Below, piece by piece: positions 1-9,885 of a stretch of DNA of 64,000 nucleotides. The stretch's first letter is position 1. Each line of letters begins with the position of its first letter. The translations under genes were made by a program, and so were the position numbers. The notes beneath the pieces are model-generated. The model was not told where the DNA came from. It worked only from the letters and a program-made list of their open reading frames with translations, and ran no database searches. Origin of the DNA: Flavobacteriales bacterium (GTDB taxonomy: Bacteria > Bacteroidota > Bacteroidia > Flavobacteriales_F > PHOS-HE28); NCBI GenBank assembly GCA_016787995.1, contig JAEUTB010000111.1, forward strand, positions 14,775 to 78,774, written 5' to 3'.

Positions 1-110
1 TGGTGTTGGACAAAGGGCGCGTTCTGGAGAGCGGCACGCATGACGAGTTGATCGCGGACGTGGGTGGGTTGTACCACTCGTTGAGCCGGTTGCAACTGAC
101 GAACGCATGA
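1..110 (+). CDS. ABC exporter ATP-binding protein, C-terminal fragment (5' end lies outside the window)
   Basis: The frame is open from the window edge and reads ...VLDKGRVLESGTHDELIADVGGLYHSLSRLQLTNA*. This is a typical tail of an MsbA/ABCB-type nucleotide-binding domain. Its stop overlaps the next ATG (ATGA at 107-110). Confidence 0.6.
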   Translation, partial: VLDKGRVLESGTHDELIADVGGLYHSLSRLQLTNA

Positions 111-1123
111 CGTTACGACGTCTGCTCTCCTCCTTCTGTCTGATCCTTTGCGTGGCCAGCACGTGCTCCGCACAGCCTGCATATACAGTTGGACAGTACT
201 TGCGTGATCGGGCCGTCCTCGACCGTGTGGATTCAGCCTACAAGACGGGGGATGTCGACCTCGCCCTCGAACTGCACCGAACGCTCGGTAGCAACCATCC
301 AGTAGATCACTTTTGGCGAGCGCAACTGATCTGGCGCACGGGCGGGGCTCCTACCGATGAACTGAAGAAAGCCTTCGACCTAGGGTATCGACACATCCCA
401 AGCGCAACACCGGATAGCTTCGAAGTGGCGATGATGGAAGAGTTACGGCTGTTGGAAGAACAAGCGGCGGTGAAGCGCGACGTGCATCGCATTCAACGAT
501 GCGAGGAACTGATCGATAGGGATCAAGTCCTTGCCCGCGGCGAACATGATGAGGCCGGGAACCGCACCAACTTGGATACCTTGGACGCTCTGATCAGAGA
601 AGCTGGTTGGCCGAGCAGTTTTTCCCTCACCAATGAATATGGCGGCTCTGGGGTGGCCATTGTCCTTGCCCATCAGAAATGGGACAAAGCTCATCTCTTC
701 GGACCCTACCAAGCATTGATAGAGCAGGAGTGCATGGCGAGACGTGAGACCTGGCAGGTTGCTATACTCACTCTGCAACAGCGTATCCGCTATACTGCGC
801 GGAATAAGACGGATACCATCGCCTTCTCGAGCGGGGCACTCACCGACGATGATCCTGCACTACCGATGGTCGCTGCGATAAGCGATCGTTTGACCAGCAA
901 CGGGCACAGACATGTTTGGATACACGCGACGGACAGTACCGCCGCACGCGCCATCGCACAACGCATCGTCCAGGTTCAACCACGGATCACCATACCACAA
1001 GAAGTTCTGGAAATGCTCATAGAACGCGGCATGGACCATCCCGCACCATTATCCATGGAGCGCATCACCCTTGTCGTGGACCCCACATTGCCTACTGACC
1101 AGTTCCTGTATCGAATGAATTGA
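107..1123 (+). CDS. hypothetical secreted protein
   Basis: 338-aa ORF with an N-terminal signal peptide (MTLRRLLSSFCLILCVASTCSAQP). I recognised no catalytic motif. Confidence 0.6.
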   Translation: MTLRRLLSSFCLILCVASTCSAQPAYTVGQYLRDRAVLDRVDSAYKTGDVDLALELHRTLGSNHPVDHFWRAQLIWRTGGAPTDELKKAFDLGYRHIPSATPDSFEVAMMEELRLLEEQAAVKRDVHRIQRCEELIDRDQVLARGEHDEAGNRTNLDTLDALIREAGWPSSFSLTNEYGGSGVAIVLAHQKWDKAHLFGPYQALIEQECMARRETWQVAILTLQQRIRYTARNKTDTIAFSSGALTDDDPALPMVAAISDRLTSNGHRHVWIHATDSTAARAIAQRIVQVQPRITIPQEVLEMLIERGMDHPAPLSMERITLVVDPTLPTDQFLYRMN

Positions 1124-1137
1124 GGAACTTACGACCC

Positions 1138-1662
1138 ATGGCCCATCGAACCAACCTCTTGCTCACTCTCCTACTCATTGCAGGACGAGGATCCGCCCAA
1201 GAACCCGGTCTGTTCATCTATGGCAAGGTTGATGACCTCATCACAGCTGCGGAGTTAGAGGGAGTACGCGTCTCCGTTCAAGAGGTCGGTGCCGATACGA
1301 GCACACGTATCTACTCACCGATCACCACCGGGCAATTGACCTATGAGTTCACCCTAAGCGAACAGGGACACTACGAGGTAAGGGCTGAGGCCCCTGGCAA
1401 GATCAGCAAGTATGTTTTGATTGATGCACGAGGAGTTCCCCCAAAGAGCTGGTCCGATGGCCACGGGATCAACTTGGATATCGCACTATTGGATAGTATC
1501 CATGGCCATGATCTTTCGATGTTCAATGCACCGTATGCGGTAGGGCGTTACAAAAGAGGAACCTTCCGTTTTGACATCGCCGGGAATGCAAAAATGCGAG
1601 ACTATACTCAAGCCCTGTTGAAGAAGACCGGTCAGAAGATGGCCCCGCGACCAAGACAGTGA
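1138..1662 (+). CDS. hypothetical secreted protein
   Basis: The track ORF begins at a TTG at 1120. The first ATG at 1138 gives a signal peptide, MAHRTNLLLTLLLIAGRGSAQ. Confidence 0.6.
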   Translation: MAHRTNLLLTLLLIAGRGSAQEPGLFIYGKVDDLITAAELEGVRVSVQEVGADTSTRIYSPITTGQLTYEFTLSEQGHYEVRAEAPGKISKYVLIDARGVPPKSWSDGHGINLDIALLDSIHGHDLSMFNAPYAVGRYKRGTFRFDIAGNAKMRDYTQALLKKTGQKMAPRPRQ

Positions 1663-1675
1663 GCTTCGAAACCAC

Positions 1676-2296
1676 TCACATCCCCACCTCCACCACCTTC
1701 TTCGTCTCGAAGAACTCGCCGCTGAAGAACTTCTTCAGCTCGTGCACCTTCACCGCGTTGCGCACCGGTAGTATCTCGTCGGCCAGCTCGCCGCCTTTGA
1801 GGTAGTACATACGCCCCTGCCCTTTCGCCACCAGGTGTTTGGTGTCGCGGATGAATTCGGGCAGGGTGGTCACCGCGCGGCTCACGATCACGTCGTAGCG
1901 CTCGTGGTGGTCGGTGCTTCGGATCTGTTCAGCGGTGCAATTGGTGATGCCCAGGCCTTCCACCACGCCTTTCACCGCGGTGATCTTCTTGCCGATGCCG
2001 TCGATGCCGTGGAAAGTGCAGTCGGGGAAGAGTACCGCGAGCGGCACCAAGGGGAAACCACCGCCTGTGCCTACATCCACGATACGCGTGCCTTTCTTGA
2101 AGCTGACTACTTTGGCGATACCCAACGAGTGCAGGATGTGTCGCTCGTAGAGGTTCTCCATGTCCTTGCGCGATACAAGGTTGATGCGCTCGTTCCACTC
2201 CGGATACAGCACACCCAGCCGCTCGAATTGCGCGCGCTGCTGCGCGGTGAGCTCGGGGAAGTACTGGAGGAGGAGGTCGAGACCAGGAGCGTTCAT
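1676..2296 (-). CDS. rsmG: 16S rRNA (guanine527-N7)-methyltransferase RsmG/GidB
   Basis: From the internal Met (MNAPGLDLLLQYFPELT...) the protein is ~206 aa. It carries the SAM-binding motif VDVGTGGGFPLVPLAV and overall GidB-like layout. The upstream 51 aa of the track ORF are treated as a non-coding extension. Confidence 0.9.
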   Translation of the reverse strand: MNAPGLDLLLQYFPELTAQQRAQFERLGVLYPEWNERINLVSRKDMENLYERHILHSLGIAKVVSFKKGTRIVDVGTGGGFPLVPLAVLFPDCTFHGIDGIGKKITAVKGVVEGLGITNCTAEQIRSTDHHERYDVIVSRAVTTLPEFIRDTKHLVAKGQGRMYYLKGGELADEILPVRNAVKVHELKKFFSGEFFETKKVVEVGM

Positions 2297-2473
2297 GAAT
2301 ATGTGGGAGATTACGGCCTCACCCCCAACCCCTCTCCGAAGGAGAGGGGAGCACGACTCCTTGCCGATGAGAACAGACGACCTCCGGTCCCTGCTGGAAA
2401 TAGCCAGCGAACATGTCCACCAATTGTCCCTCCGTGGCAGTATGAGCACTTGACCGCATGTGCAGCGATACGC

Positions 2474-3082
2474 TTAGATGTGGTCCTTGTGGTTCTCCAT
2501 CAGGTTGAGGAGGAACTCCCGGGCGCGGAAGAGCTGGGCTTTCACCGTGCCGAGCGGAAGGTCGAGCTCCTCGGCGATCTCCTCGTAGCTATACTCCTTG
2601 TAATAACGCAGTTCCACCAGGGTGCGGTAGCGGGGCTTCAGCTTGTCCACCACATCGCGCATGATCAGGTTCTTCTGTTCCTTGATGGCGATCTCGGCCG
2701 GATCGAGGCCGGTGCCTTTCAGCTCGATGGTCATCTCGTCGCCATCCTCGGTGCCGATGGGGTTGTCGATGCTGAAGGTCTTCTTCTTCTGCTTGCGGAT
2801 CCAGTCGATGCAGTTGTTGGACGCGATCTTGAACAGCCAGGTGCTGAACGCGTAGTTCGGCGTGTACTGCTTCAAGCGATGGAACGCCTTGCCGAAGGCT
2901 TCGATGGTGAGATCCTCCGCATCGTCCTTGTTGTTGATCATCTTCAACAACATGAAGTAGATGGAGTCGCGGTAACGGCTCATCAGTTCGGCGTAGGCCT
3001 TCTGATCGCCTTTCTGCACGGCGCGTTGTACGAGGATGTAGTCGTACCGCGCCTTCTCGCTGAGGTTCTCGTTCACTTCCAT
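2474..3082 (-). CDS. RNA polymerase sigma-70 family (ECF-type) sigma factor
   Basis: Starts at MEVNENLSEK. Region 2 reads DAEDLTIEAFGKAF...FSTWLFKIASNNCIDWIRK. The region 4 HTH reads YSYEEIAEELDLPLGTVKAQLFRAREFL. Confidence 0.9.
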   Translation of the reverse strand: MEVNENLSEKARYDYILVQRAVQKGDQKAYAELMSRYRDSIYFMLLKMINNKDDAEDLTIEAFGKAFHRLKQYTPNYAFSTWLFKIASNNCIDWIRKQKKKTFSIDNPIGTEDGDEMTIELKGTGLDPAEIAIKEQKNLIMRDVVDKLKPRYRTLVELRYYKEYSYEEIAEELDLPLGTVKAQLFRAREFLLNLMENHKDHI

Positions 3083-4188
3083 CGTTTGGGCTTGACGAGG
3101 ATCGTGCTGGTGTACAGCAGGGGATCCAGTAGTAGGAACAGCCATTCTAGGGGTATAGCCAGCCACGCCAAGGCGCCGGCCTGAAGGCGGCGCATGGCGA
3201 GCACGGTGATCGGGAACAGGACGCACAGCTCCACGGCGAGGCCGATGGCCACTTCGCGCCATTGCATGCGGATGATGAACCACAGCAGCAGCAGCCAGAA
3301 GGCCGTGCGCGCCAGCGGCAGCAGCAGCAGCAGGATCTGATGGCCGAAGCGGTAATGCGCCGCGGTGGTGTAGTGCCGGCGTTTGCGGCGTAGCCAGGTA
3401 CCCAGATCGCGCGTGGGCTGCGTGGTCATGAACGAACGCGGGTCGGCCACCACGCCGGTGTTCTTGGCGCGTGCCACCTCGTTGATGAACAGATCATCAT
3501 CGCCGCTCATCAGGTGGTTGTGCTTGCGCGAGCCCTTGGCGCTGAAGAAGACCTCGCCGGTGTAGCCCAGATTGCGCCCAACACCCATGTAGGGGAAACC
3601 CGCCATGGCGAAGCCCATGTACTGCATGGCCTTCATGGTACCGTCATAACGCTCCAGTACGTTGGCCAGTCCGGCTTGTTCAGCGTAAGGGCTGTGCCCG
3701 ATCACGATCTGTTTGCCCTTGGCGAAGCCCGCGGCCATGGTGCTGATCCAATCGTTCCCGGCGGGCAGGCAGTCGGCATCGGTGAGCAGCACGTTCGGAT
3801 ACTTCGCGGCGCGCACCCCCACACCCAAGGCCAGCTTCTTGCCGTAGTTGAACTTCTCATCCGCCTGGATGTTCACGGGCCGCAAGCGCGGGTGTTCGGG
3901 TTTCATCCATTGCAGCACTTCCCAGGTGTCGTCCTCGCTTCGGTCGTTCACCACCACCACTTCGAACTCCTTGTGGTCCTGCTGCATCAGCAGCGGGATG
4001 AGGTGCTCCAGCCGGCGTGCCTCGCTGCGGGCGCAGATCACCACGCTCACCGGCAGGTCGCGGTCGGGCTGTACCTGCGGCTTGCGGAAGGCCAGCCGGG
4101 CGAACATCACCAGATGGAAGAACAGGAGCACCACGAGCGCGCCTGCCATGACATAGAACTCAATGGACCACATACGGAACGGCCCCAC
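3073..4188 (-). CDS. family 2 glycosyltransferase, membrane-bound
   Basis: Contains VSVVICARSEARRLEHLIPLL...VVVVNDRSEDDT and a DxD-type LLTDADCLP motif. It has an N-terminal TM helix and several C-terminal TM helices. It overlaps the sigma factor start by 10 nt. Confidence 0.8.
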   Translation of the reverse strand: MGPFRMWSIEFYVMAGALVVLLFFHLVMFARLAFRKPQVQPDRDLPVSVVICARSEARRLEHLIPLLMQQDHKEFEVVVVNDRSEDDTWEVLQWMKPEHPRLRPVNIQADEKFNYGKKLALGVGVRAAKYPNVLLTDADCLPAGNDWISTMAAGFAKGKQIVIGHSPYAEQAGLANVLERYDGTMKAMQYMGFAMAGFPYMGVGRNLGYTGEVFFSAKGSRKHNHLMSGDDDLFINEVARAKNTGVVADPRSFMTTQPTRDLGTWLRRKRRHYTTAAHYRFGHQILLLLLPLARTAFWLLLLWFIIRMQWREVAIGLAVELCVLFPITVLAMRRLQAGALAWLAIPLEWLFLLLDPLLYTSTILVKPKRWK

Positions 4189-4342
4189 CGCGGTGCGGGC
4201 ACGAGGGCGAAGCTATCGGCGGGGCTTGGGCCACCCAGCGCCCGACCCGGCCAGTTATGAACAGCGCAGGCGGGGCTGTTGGAGGACCTTCTGGAACAGG
4301 CTCTACTGCACACCTTTGCGCCGCTTATCCACGCTGCCGCCC

Positions 4343-4855
4343 ATGCTCCCGATCACCCGCACCGAACGCCTGCTCCTGCGCGAGATGACCGCCGCCGATG
4401 CGGCCCATTGCTTCGACCTGAACAACGACCCCGACGTGCTGCGCTTCACCGGCGAAGCACCCTTCCCCGATGTGGAGACCGCCCGCACTTTCCTGGCCGC
4501 CTACCCGGCCTACCGCGAAGATGGCTTCGGGCGGTGGGCTGTTGAAAAGCACGACGGCACCTGGCTCGGCTGGTGTGGTCTGCGGCGCCAACCCGACGGC
4601 GAAGTGGACCTCGGCTACCGCTTGCTTCCGGCGCACCGCAGCCAAGGCTTCGCCACGGAGGCCAGCCTGGCCTGCTTGCGCATCGGCTTCGAACGATTCC
4701 AATTGCCCGCGATCATCGCTCAGGTGGATCCTGCGAACCACCCCTCCATCCGGGTGTTGGAAAAGGTGGGCATGCAGATGTGGAGGACCGGCCCATGTGG
4801 GCACCACGAAGCGGCGCTCATCTACCGGTTGGAGCGGGAAGCATGGAACCGGTGA
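4343..4855 (+). CDS. GNAT family N-acetyltransferase (RimJ/RimL-like)
   Basis: Internal start MLPITRTERLLLREMTAADA. Further matches are RWAV...GWCGL, HRSQGFATEA and NHPSIRVLEKVGM, which together are typical of the Acetyltransf_3 family. Confidence 0.85.
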   Translation: MLPITRTERLLLREMTAADAAHCFDLNNDPDVLRFTGEAPFPDVETARTFLAAYPAYREDGFGRWAVEKHDGTWLGWCGLRRQPDGEVDLGYRLLPAHRSQGFATEASLACLRIGFERFQLPAIIAQVDPANHPSIRVLEKVGMQMWRTGPCGHHEAALIYRLEREAWNR

Positions 4856-4859
4856 TCGC

Positions 4860-5699
4860 CTACCGCTGCACCACCAATGGCCGAACGGTCATCGTATTCC
4901 CGTTGACCAGCCGGAGCACATAGTGTCCGTTGGCCAATGTCGTGGGAAGCGGCCAAGTGACCAGGTGCTCGCCTGGCGCCAGTACCTGATCGGCGACCGT
5001 GTGAAGCGCACGGCCTTGAAGGTCGAACACCTGCGCGTTGATGCGCGAAGCCTGGCTCATCCGGATAGGAACGAACACCTCGGCGGTGGCCGGTTGCGGA
5101 TAGGGCTTACCTACGGCCATCTCCCACGCGGACCCCTCACCGATGCCGGTACCCGTGGCGAGTTCGAGGTCATCGAGCAGGAACCAGGAACCCACCGTTG
5201 GGCTGCCTCCGGTGCCGCTGATGCCGAAGCTGATGGTGGCCGTGGCCGCAGCGTTCGTGTTGTACGCCACCAACGGCACGCTGAATTGGGCATACGTCGC
5301 TTGCCCTTCGGTGTACTGCTGGATACCCGCCGCCACCAATCCACCACCGGCATCGACTACGGTGACACTGATGGAGAGCAGATCCCCCGCTGCCTGTGGG
5401 CCAAACTTGTACCAGCCTGTGAAGGTGGTGGGGGTGCCCGTGACCGGCTGCGCCAAATTCTGCAGGATGGGTGGAATGGCGATGGTGCTTGCGATCACTT
5501 CGCCGCGGCAGGCCAGGATGCCGCCGTGCGCATCGTCGCTGGAGGTGACCGGGAACAAGTTCGCCGGTGCGATGTTGTTGTTGCTCCAGCCGTTGGGCAC
5601 CTGGCCCGTCCAGGCTTCGAAGCCGCCGTTGTTGACCTGTGCCGTAGACGCGTTGGAAAGCACGAACGAAGCAAGGGAGAACGTGTAGATGTGTTTCAT
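4860..5699 (-). CDS. T9SS C-terminal-domain secreted protein
   Basis: Signal peptide MKHIYTFSLASFVLSNASTAQ. The C-terminal ~80 aa resemble a type-A Por sorting domain (...LANGHYVLRLVNGNTMTVRPLVVQR). Confidence 0.7.
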   Translation of the reverse strand: MKHIYTFSLASFVLSNASTAQVNNGGFEAWTGQVPNGWSNNNIAPANLFPVTSSDDAHGGILACRGEVIASTIAIPPILQNLAQPVTGTPTTFTGWYKFGPQAAGDLLSISVTVVDAGGGLVAAGIQQYTEGQATYAQFSVPLVAYNTNAAATATISFGISGTGGSPTVGSWFLLDDLELATGTGIGEGSAWEMAVGKPYPQPATAEVFVPIRMSQASRINAQVFDLQGRALHTVADQVLAPGEHLVTWPLPTTLANGHYVLRLVNGNTMTVRPLVVQR

Positions 5700-5738
5700 G
5701 GTGGGTGGGTCTTACTGCAAGCTTAGCGGGATGCTTCT

Positions 5739-5752
5739 ACGGTGATCACCGT
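5739..5752. promoter_or_regulatory. 14-nt perfect palindrome ACGGTGATCACCGT ~40 nt upstream of a T9SS cargo gene start
   Basis: Seen directly in the sequence. A 13/14 match recurs at 17121-17134 in the same position relative to another cargo gene. Confidence 0.35.
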
Positions 5753-5800
5753 GATCCGCCAACGGCGTTCAACAGCGATCGGTGAAAAGCGCCTGGCCGC

Positions 5801-6145
5801 TCAGTTCGTCCACACCGCGTAGCCCTTGCGGCGCAGTTCCAGCGCAAGCCCTTTCTCCACCTCCAAGGCCTCTGCACGACTGAGCGGACCGATGTGCTGG
5901 TACAGGCTGGGGCGCAGGTAGCGGTCGTACTTCCGCACGATGTCGCTGCTGAGCTTGTGGCCCTTGGCACTGCGTGCGCCGGTCTTATGCTGTTGGAACC
6001 TTTCCTTCGGGTCCTTGCTGGTCTGCCCCACGTAGAGGCACTCCAACACGCCGTTGTACTGCGGATTCGCCGCCCGGAATCGCCAGTCCTCGGTGTACAC
6101 CTTGCGGGCGAGTTCGATGACGTAGACGGTGTGGACGGTGGGCAT
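5801..6145 (-). CDS. small GIY-YIG-like domain protein
   Basis: From MPTVHTVYVIELAR...LYVGQTSKDPKERFQQHK...E..LA. The spacing resembles the GIY-(x)n-YVG core of GIY-YIG nucleases. The protein is 114 aa. Confidence 0.55.
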   Translation of the reverse strand: MPTVHTVYVIELARKVYTEDWRFRAANPQYNGVLECLYVGQTSKDPKERFQQHKTGARSAKGHKLSSDIVRKYDRYLRPSLYQHIGPLSRAEALEVEKGLALELRRKGYAVWTN

Positions 6146-6278
6146 GATGCGGTCGTGCCCAAAGATGGCGGTGGCAGAAGTGGACTCCGCAGCCCTTGTC
6201 CGGGTTCCTTTCAACACGGCATCAACGGCACAACACCTAGATGGACCGATCCCAACATTCCCCGCCGTTCTTTCGGGC

Positions 6279-7340
6279 ATGCGCTACCTGTTCATCCCTG
6301 TTCTGTTGTGCATCGGGCTCCTTGCCGCCGCACAACCTACCATCGGTCCGGGTCAGTTCTTTCGGATCGATCATGCTTACCTGCGTCACAGCTACGACAT
6401 CCTGCCGACCAATGCAGCGGAACTGATCGATGCCGTCGGTGCCGATTACGCCATCGACCTGGCTTGGGTGAACACCGCCCCACTCTACACCAGTGACTCG
6501 ATCACCTGCACCGTGGCGGGGAACGACTATCCCTATCATCCGGATGATTACGATACGACCAACGTTCAGGTGGACTTCCATGATCGTGCGCTCAACGGTG
6601 TGCGCACGCATCTTTTCCTGGTGCAGGATGATCTGGTGGAGTACGTGGGCGGTCAGCCCTTCGGCACCGGTGGAACGGGAGATGACCTCGTCTTCCAACG
6701 CTACCCTGACCAGATCTTCGAGACCGTGCTGATCCCTGGGATCGAACTGGGTACCACGTGGAGCGGCCCCATCGATGGGCGTTTCCTTGATGCCTCCGGC
6801 AGTGATGACCATTTCCTCACGGGGACAAGCACCACCGTGGCGGATGGAACAGGAAGCATCACCCTGCCCGACGGCACCTACCTGCCACACACTCTGCGTC
6901 TGCGGACAGTTCGCGAATACACCGATAGCAACGTGATCTTCGGCGACCTACCGCGCAACGACACGCTTTACACTTGGTGGGTGGACAGCTGGGACGGTCC
7001 ACTGATGACCTTACCCATCGGCGACTACGGCCTTATGCATGGTTTCATCGCACCACTGCCCTTCACGCTCTACACCAGGTTGGGTGAAGTACAGCCCGTT
7101 GCCGTGAGCGAAGAAGGTGCGATCCCCGTGCGGTTGGGACATAACCCGTGCAGCGATCATCTCATCATCCAGGAGGGCATCAACTCCGCTTACCGCGTAG
7201 TGGATGCGAGCGGCCGCACCGTGATGCAGGGGCGACTTCACCAAGGATCGCTGGACGTACAGCACCTCGCTCCGGGGAGCTACACGCTACACACGCTCGG
7301 CGAACCAAGGCGGCCTGCACGTTTCGTCGTAGCACGCTGA
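6279..7340 (+). CDS. T9SS C-terminal-domain secreted protein
   Basis: Internal start with signal peptide MRYLFIPVLLCIGLLAAAQP. The C-terminus (LGHNPCSDHLIIQEG...LAPGSYTLHTLG...RFVVAR) looks like a type-A CTD. Confidence 0.7.
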   Translation: MRYLFIPVLLCIGLLAAAQPTIGPGQFFRIDHAYLRHSYDILPTNAAELIDAVGADYAIDLAWVNTAPLYTSDSITCTVAGNDYPYHPDDYDTTNVQVDFHDRALNGVRTHLFLVQDDLVEYVGGQPFGTGGTGDDLVFQRYPDQIFETVLIPGIELGTTWSGPIDGRFLDASGSDDHFLTGTSTTVADGTGSITLPDGTYLPHTLRLRTVREYTDSNVIFGDLPRNDTLYTWWVDSWDGPLMTLPIGDYGLMHGFIAPLPFTLYTRLGEVQPVAVSEEGAIPVRLGHNPCSDHLIIQEGINSAYRVVDASGRTVMQGRLHQGSLDVQHLAPGSYTLHTLGEPRRPARFVVAR

Positions 7341-7403
7341 CGGCAGTACCTTGCGCGCCGCCGAACGCATCGTGAGCGATCGCTGGCGTTCGCACTTCGC
7401 GAC

Positions 7404-8138
7404 ATGTGTCTCATCACCCTCGCTTACCACGTCCACCCGCGCTATCCCCTCGTACTCGCCGCCAACCGCGACGAATTCCATGAGCGCCCTACGGCGCCGG
7501 CAAGTTGGTGGAGCGATGCACCCCATGTGCTCGCGGGGCGCGATCTGCGGGCGGGTGGCACCTGGCTCGGTATCACGCGCCATGGACACTTCGCCGCGCT
7601 CACCAACCACCGCGACCTACGCCGGGAGCCGAAGCCGGGACCTTCGCGCGGTCTGCTCGTGCGTAGTGCTCTGGAGGGCACAGCAACACTGGATGACACC
7701 GTGGCTTACGAAGGCTTCAATCTCTTGCACGGTCCGCTGGAAAAGCTGCGTTACCACAACAACATCGAACCGACCGATGTGGCGCTGGAACCGGGCATCC
7801 ACGGCCTGAGTAATGCGCTATTGAACACGCCCTGGCCCAAGGTGCAACGTGCGAAAGCGGCAATGGAACGCGCTTTGAACAGCCGTGAAGGCGCGCTTGT
7901 GGAAGATCTCTTCGCGCTACTCGCCGATCCCGCGCAAGCGGAAGTGGAGCAACTACCCGATACGGGATTAGCACCACCGATGGAGCGCGCACTCTCCTCC
8001 GTGTTCATCGATACCACCGGCTATGGCACGCGGTGCAGTACTGTGCTGCTGGTAGATACAGATGGGCAGGTGTACTTCGAAGAGCGCACCTGGCCCGCAG
8101 GCACTGCGCAACGCATGACCTTCGCACTCGGTGAATGA
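7404..8138 (+). CDS. NRDE family protein (TANGO2/DUF833-like)
   Basis: N-terminus reads MCLITLAY...PLVLAANRDEF, with the eponymous NRDE motif and Cys2 directly after the Met. Confidence 0.85.
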   Translation: MCLITLAYHVHPRYPLVLAANRDEFHERPTAPASWWSDAPHVLAGRDLRAGGTWLGITRHGHFAALTNHRDLRREPKPGPSRGLLVRSALEGTATLDDTVAYEGFNLLHGPLEKLRYHNNIEPTDVALEPGIHGLSNALLNTPWPKVQRAKAAMERALNSREGALVEDLFALLADPAQAEVEQLPDTGLAPPMERALSSVFIDTTGYGTRCSTVLLVDTDGQVYFEERTWPAGTAQRMTFALGE

Positions 8139-8170
8139 GCGGATGGTCAGATCGGTTCTTCCGCCGTTCA

Positions 8171-8716
8171 TCACGCTTGTCGCGTGAGCGCCGTCAACGA
8201 GCGGTAGAGATCCGCTTCCATCCATTGTAGGGCGAGCGCTTCGTCCTTCAAGCGGCTTAGGCCTTTCTCGTTCGTTGCATCCATCAATTGGCTCCAACAC
8301 CGGATGGCGTGTTGCCGGACCGCACCGAGTGCCCGCTGCAACGCCGCTGGTCTTGCCGCCGGATCACTGCGGTGGTGGTCGGCGTAACGCACTTCCTCCA
8401 ACAAGGCCGTGACCTCCACCTGCGCGAGGGGCCCGGGTCGGATGCCGAAGGACTTCGCTTCGGTCAAGAGGCGTTCCGCGATGTGCAGGTCGATGGCCTG
8501 CTGCCTGCTCAGCACATTGCGCAGTCCTTCATGTCCTTCGCGCGTGAGGATCACCTTCAACATGGAAGCCATTCGCTGATGCAGGGAGACGAGCTCACTG
8601 ACCAGTGCTGCACGCCGCTGTTCCACATCACGCGCCAACGACCGCGTGACCTTCATGGCGCGTTCAGCCACATTGCTTTCCTTTCCCATCTTTACTTCAC
8701 GACCGTTCGAATTCAT
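8171..8716 (-). CDS. hypothetical protein (helical)
   Basis: 181-aa ORF. Its ATG overlaps the stop of the upstream OmpA-family gene (ATGA at 8713-8716), which suggests translational coupling. No motif recognised. Confidence 0.5.
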   Translation of the reverse strand: MNSNGREVKMGKESNVAERAMKVTRSLARDVEQRRAALVSELVSLHQRMASMLKVILTREGHEGLRNVLSRQQAIDLHIAERLLTEAKSFGIRPGPLAQVEVTALLEEVRYADHHRSDPAARPAALQRALGAVRQHAIRCWSQLMDATNEKGLSRLKDEALALQWMEADLYRSLTALTRQA

Positions 8717-9510
8717 GGCGCTTTCGGTGTTGGCGAGGTGAGGGTTGGATCCACGGTGCGGTACAGCTCATCCAATCGAGGGATCAGGATGATCTCCGTA
8801 CGTCTGTTTCGTTGTTTGCCTTCGGCTGTATCGTTGGAAGCGATGGGCGCGAATTCGCTGCGGCCCGCGGCGGTGACCCGCTTGGGATCCATCCCTGCCC
8901 ACAGCAGGATGCGCACGATGCTGGTGGCGCGCGCGGTGCTCAGGTCCCAGTTATCATCGAAACGCCCGCGTTTGATGGGCACGTTGTCCGTATGACCCTC
9001 CACCATCATGTCGATCTCCGTGTTGCTGCTCATGACCGTGGCGAGTTGGGTAAGGGCGTCCTTCCCCTTGGGCTCCACCGCCGCACTGCCGCTGGGGAAG
9101 AGCAGCTTCTCCGAGAGGGACACATACACCTTGCCGTCGCGCATGCTGACGCTCAGTTCCTCGGCTTTGAAATTCACGAGCGCGTCGGCCACCTTCTTGC
9201 GCAACCCGTTCATGGCGGCCGTCTGCGCTTCCAAGCGGCGGTCCAGCTCATCCATCCGGCGTGCCTTCTCCTGCAGCTCCGCGTCCTTGGCCTTGAGTTC
9301 GCGCTTACGTGCCTCCAATTCCTCGGCCGTCATGCGCGCGGTGCCCGCCATACCGTAGAGTTCGGCACGCAGGCCGCGCACCTGATCTTCGTAGGCCAAG
9401 CTGTCCCCGCGTAGTTTGTCCACATGCGCGGTGGCCATGGTGTATTTCTTCTTCGATACACAGCTGCCCAGCACCAGCAGGGCAGAGATGGGGATCAGGA
9501 GCTTCATCAT
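8713..9510 (-). CDS. OmpA/MotB-family peptidoglycan-binding lipoprotein with coiled coil
   Basis: Internal start MMKLLIPISALLVLGSC contains a lipobox. The OmpA_C motifs are VEGHTDNVP...NWDLSTARATSIV...GRSEFAPI...NRRTEIIL. Confidence 0.85.
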   Translation of the reverse strand: MMKLLIPISALLVLGSCVSKKKYTMATAHVDKLRGDSLAYEDQVRGLRAELYGMAGTARMTAEELEARKRELKAKDAELQEKARRMDELDRRLEAQTAAMNGLRKKVADALVNFKAEELSVSMRDGKVYVSLSEKLLFPSGSAAVEPKGKDALTQLATVMSSNTEIDMMVEGHTDNVPIKRGRFDDNWDLSTARATSIVRILLWAGMDPKRVTAAGRSEFAPIASNDTAEGKQRNRRTEIILIPRLDELYRTVDPTLTSPTPKAP

Positions 9511-9885
9511 GACCACCCTTACCACCAGCGGCATGCCACGGGCGCCGAGCGTTCGCTGTCGTGTAGTACAGTGGACGAATATGGGAAGATCATACCCAGG
9601 ATCGGGGCGAAAGCACCATGCCCTGCCGCTAGATCGGAGGATCGGCACGGGATCGGGATAGTGATGCTCATGATACGCGAGGTACACGATGAACGGTTGC
9701 AAGCCGCGTTGGAGCGGGCCACCCGCCGCACGGTGCGACGCCTCTGGATCAGCCTGGCCGTGATACTGAGCGGCTGGAGCGTTCTGGTGGCGGTGATGGG
9801 TTAGTGCGGCGGTCAGGCTGAGGTGCAGTGAAGGGGATCGAGGTTCCTCGGATCCTCATAGCTTCACCCTTCCAACCACGCTGCC

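Noticed and set aside
1835-3184. 449-aa plus-strand ORF spanning rsmG and the sigma factor gene
   Set aside because: It is antisense to two genes with clear motifs. Its composition is low-complexity (V/A/G/L/H/D/E-rich), as is typical of shadow ORFs in GC-rich DNA. No motif was found.
9664-9804. 46-aa ATG-initiated ORF (MLMIREVHDERLQAALERATRRTVRRLWISLAVILSGWSVLVAVMG) in the 375-nt divergent intergenic region
   Set aside because: It has a plausible tail-anchored mini-protein shape. However, it is very short, has no motif, and GC-rich DNA yields many such ORFs. There is not enough support to annotate it.
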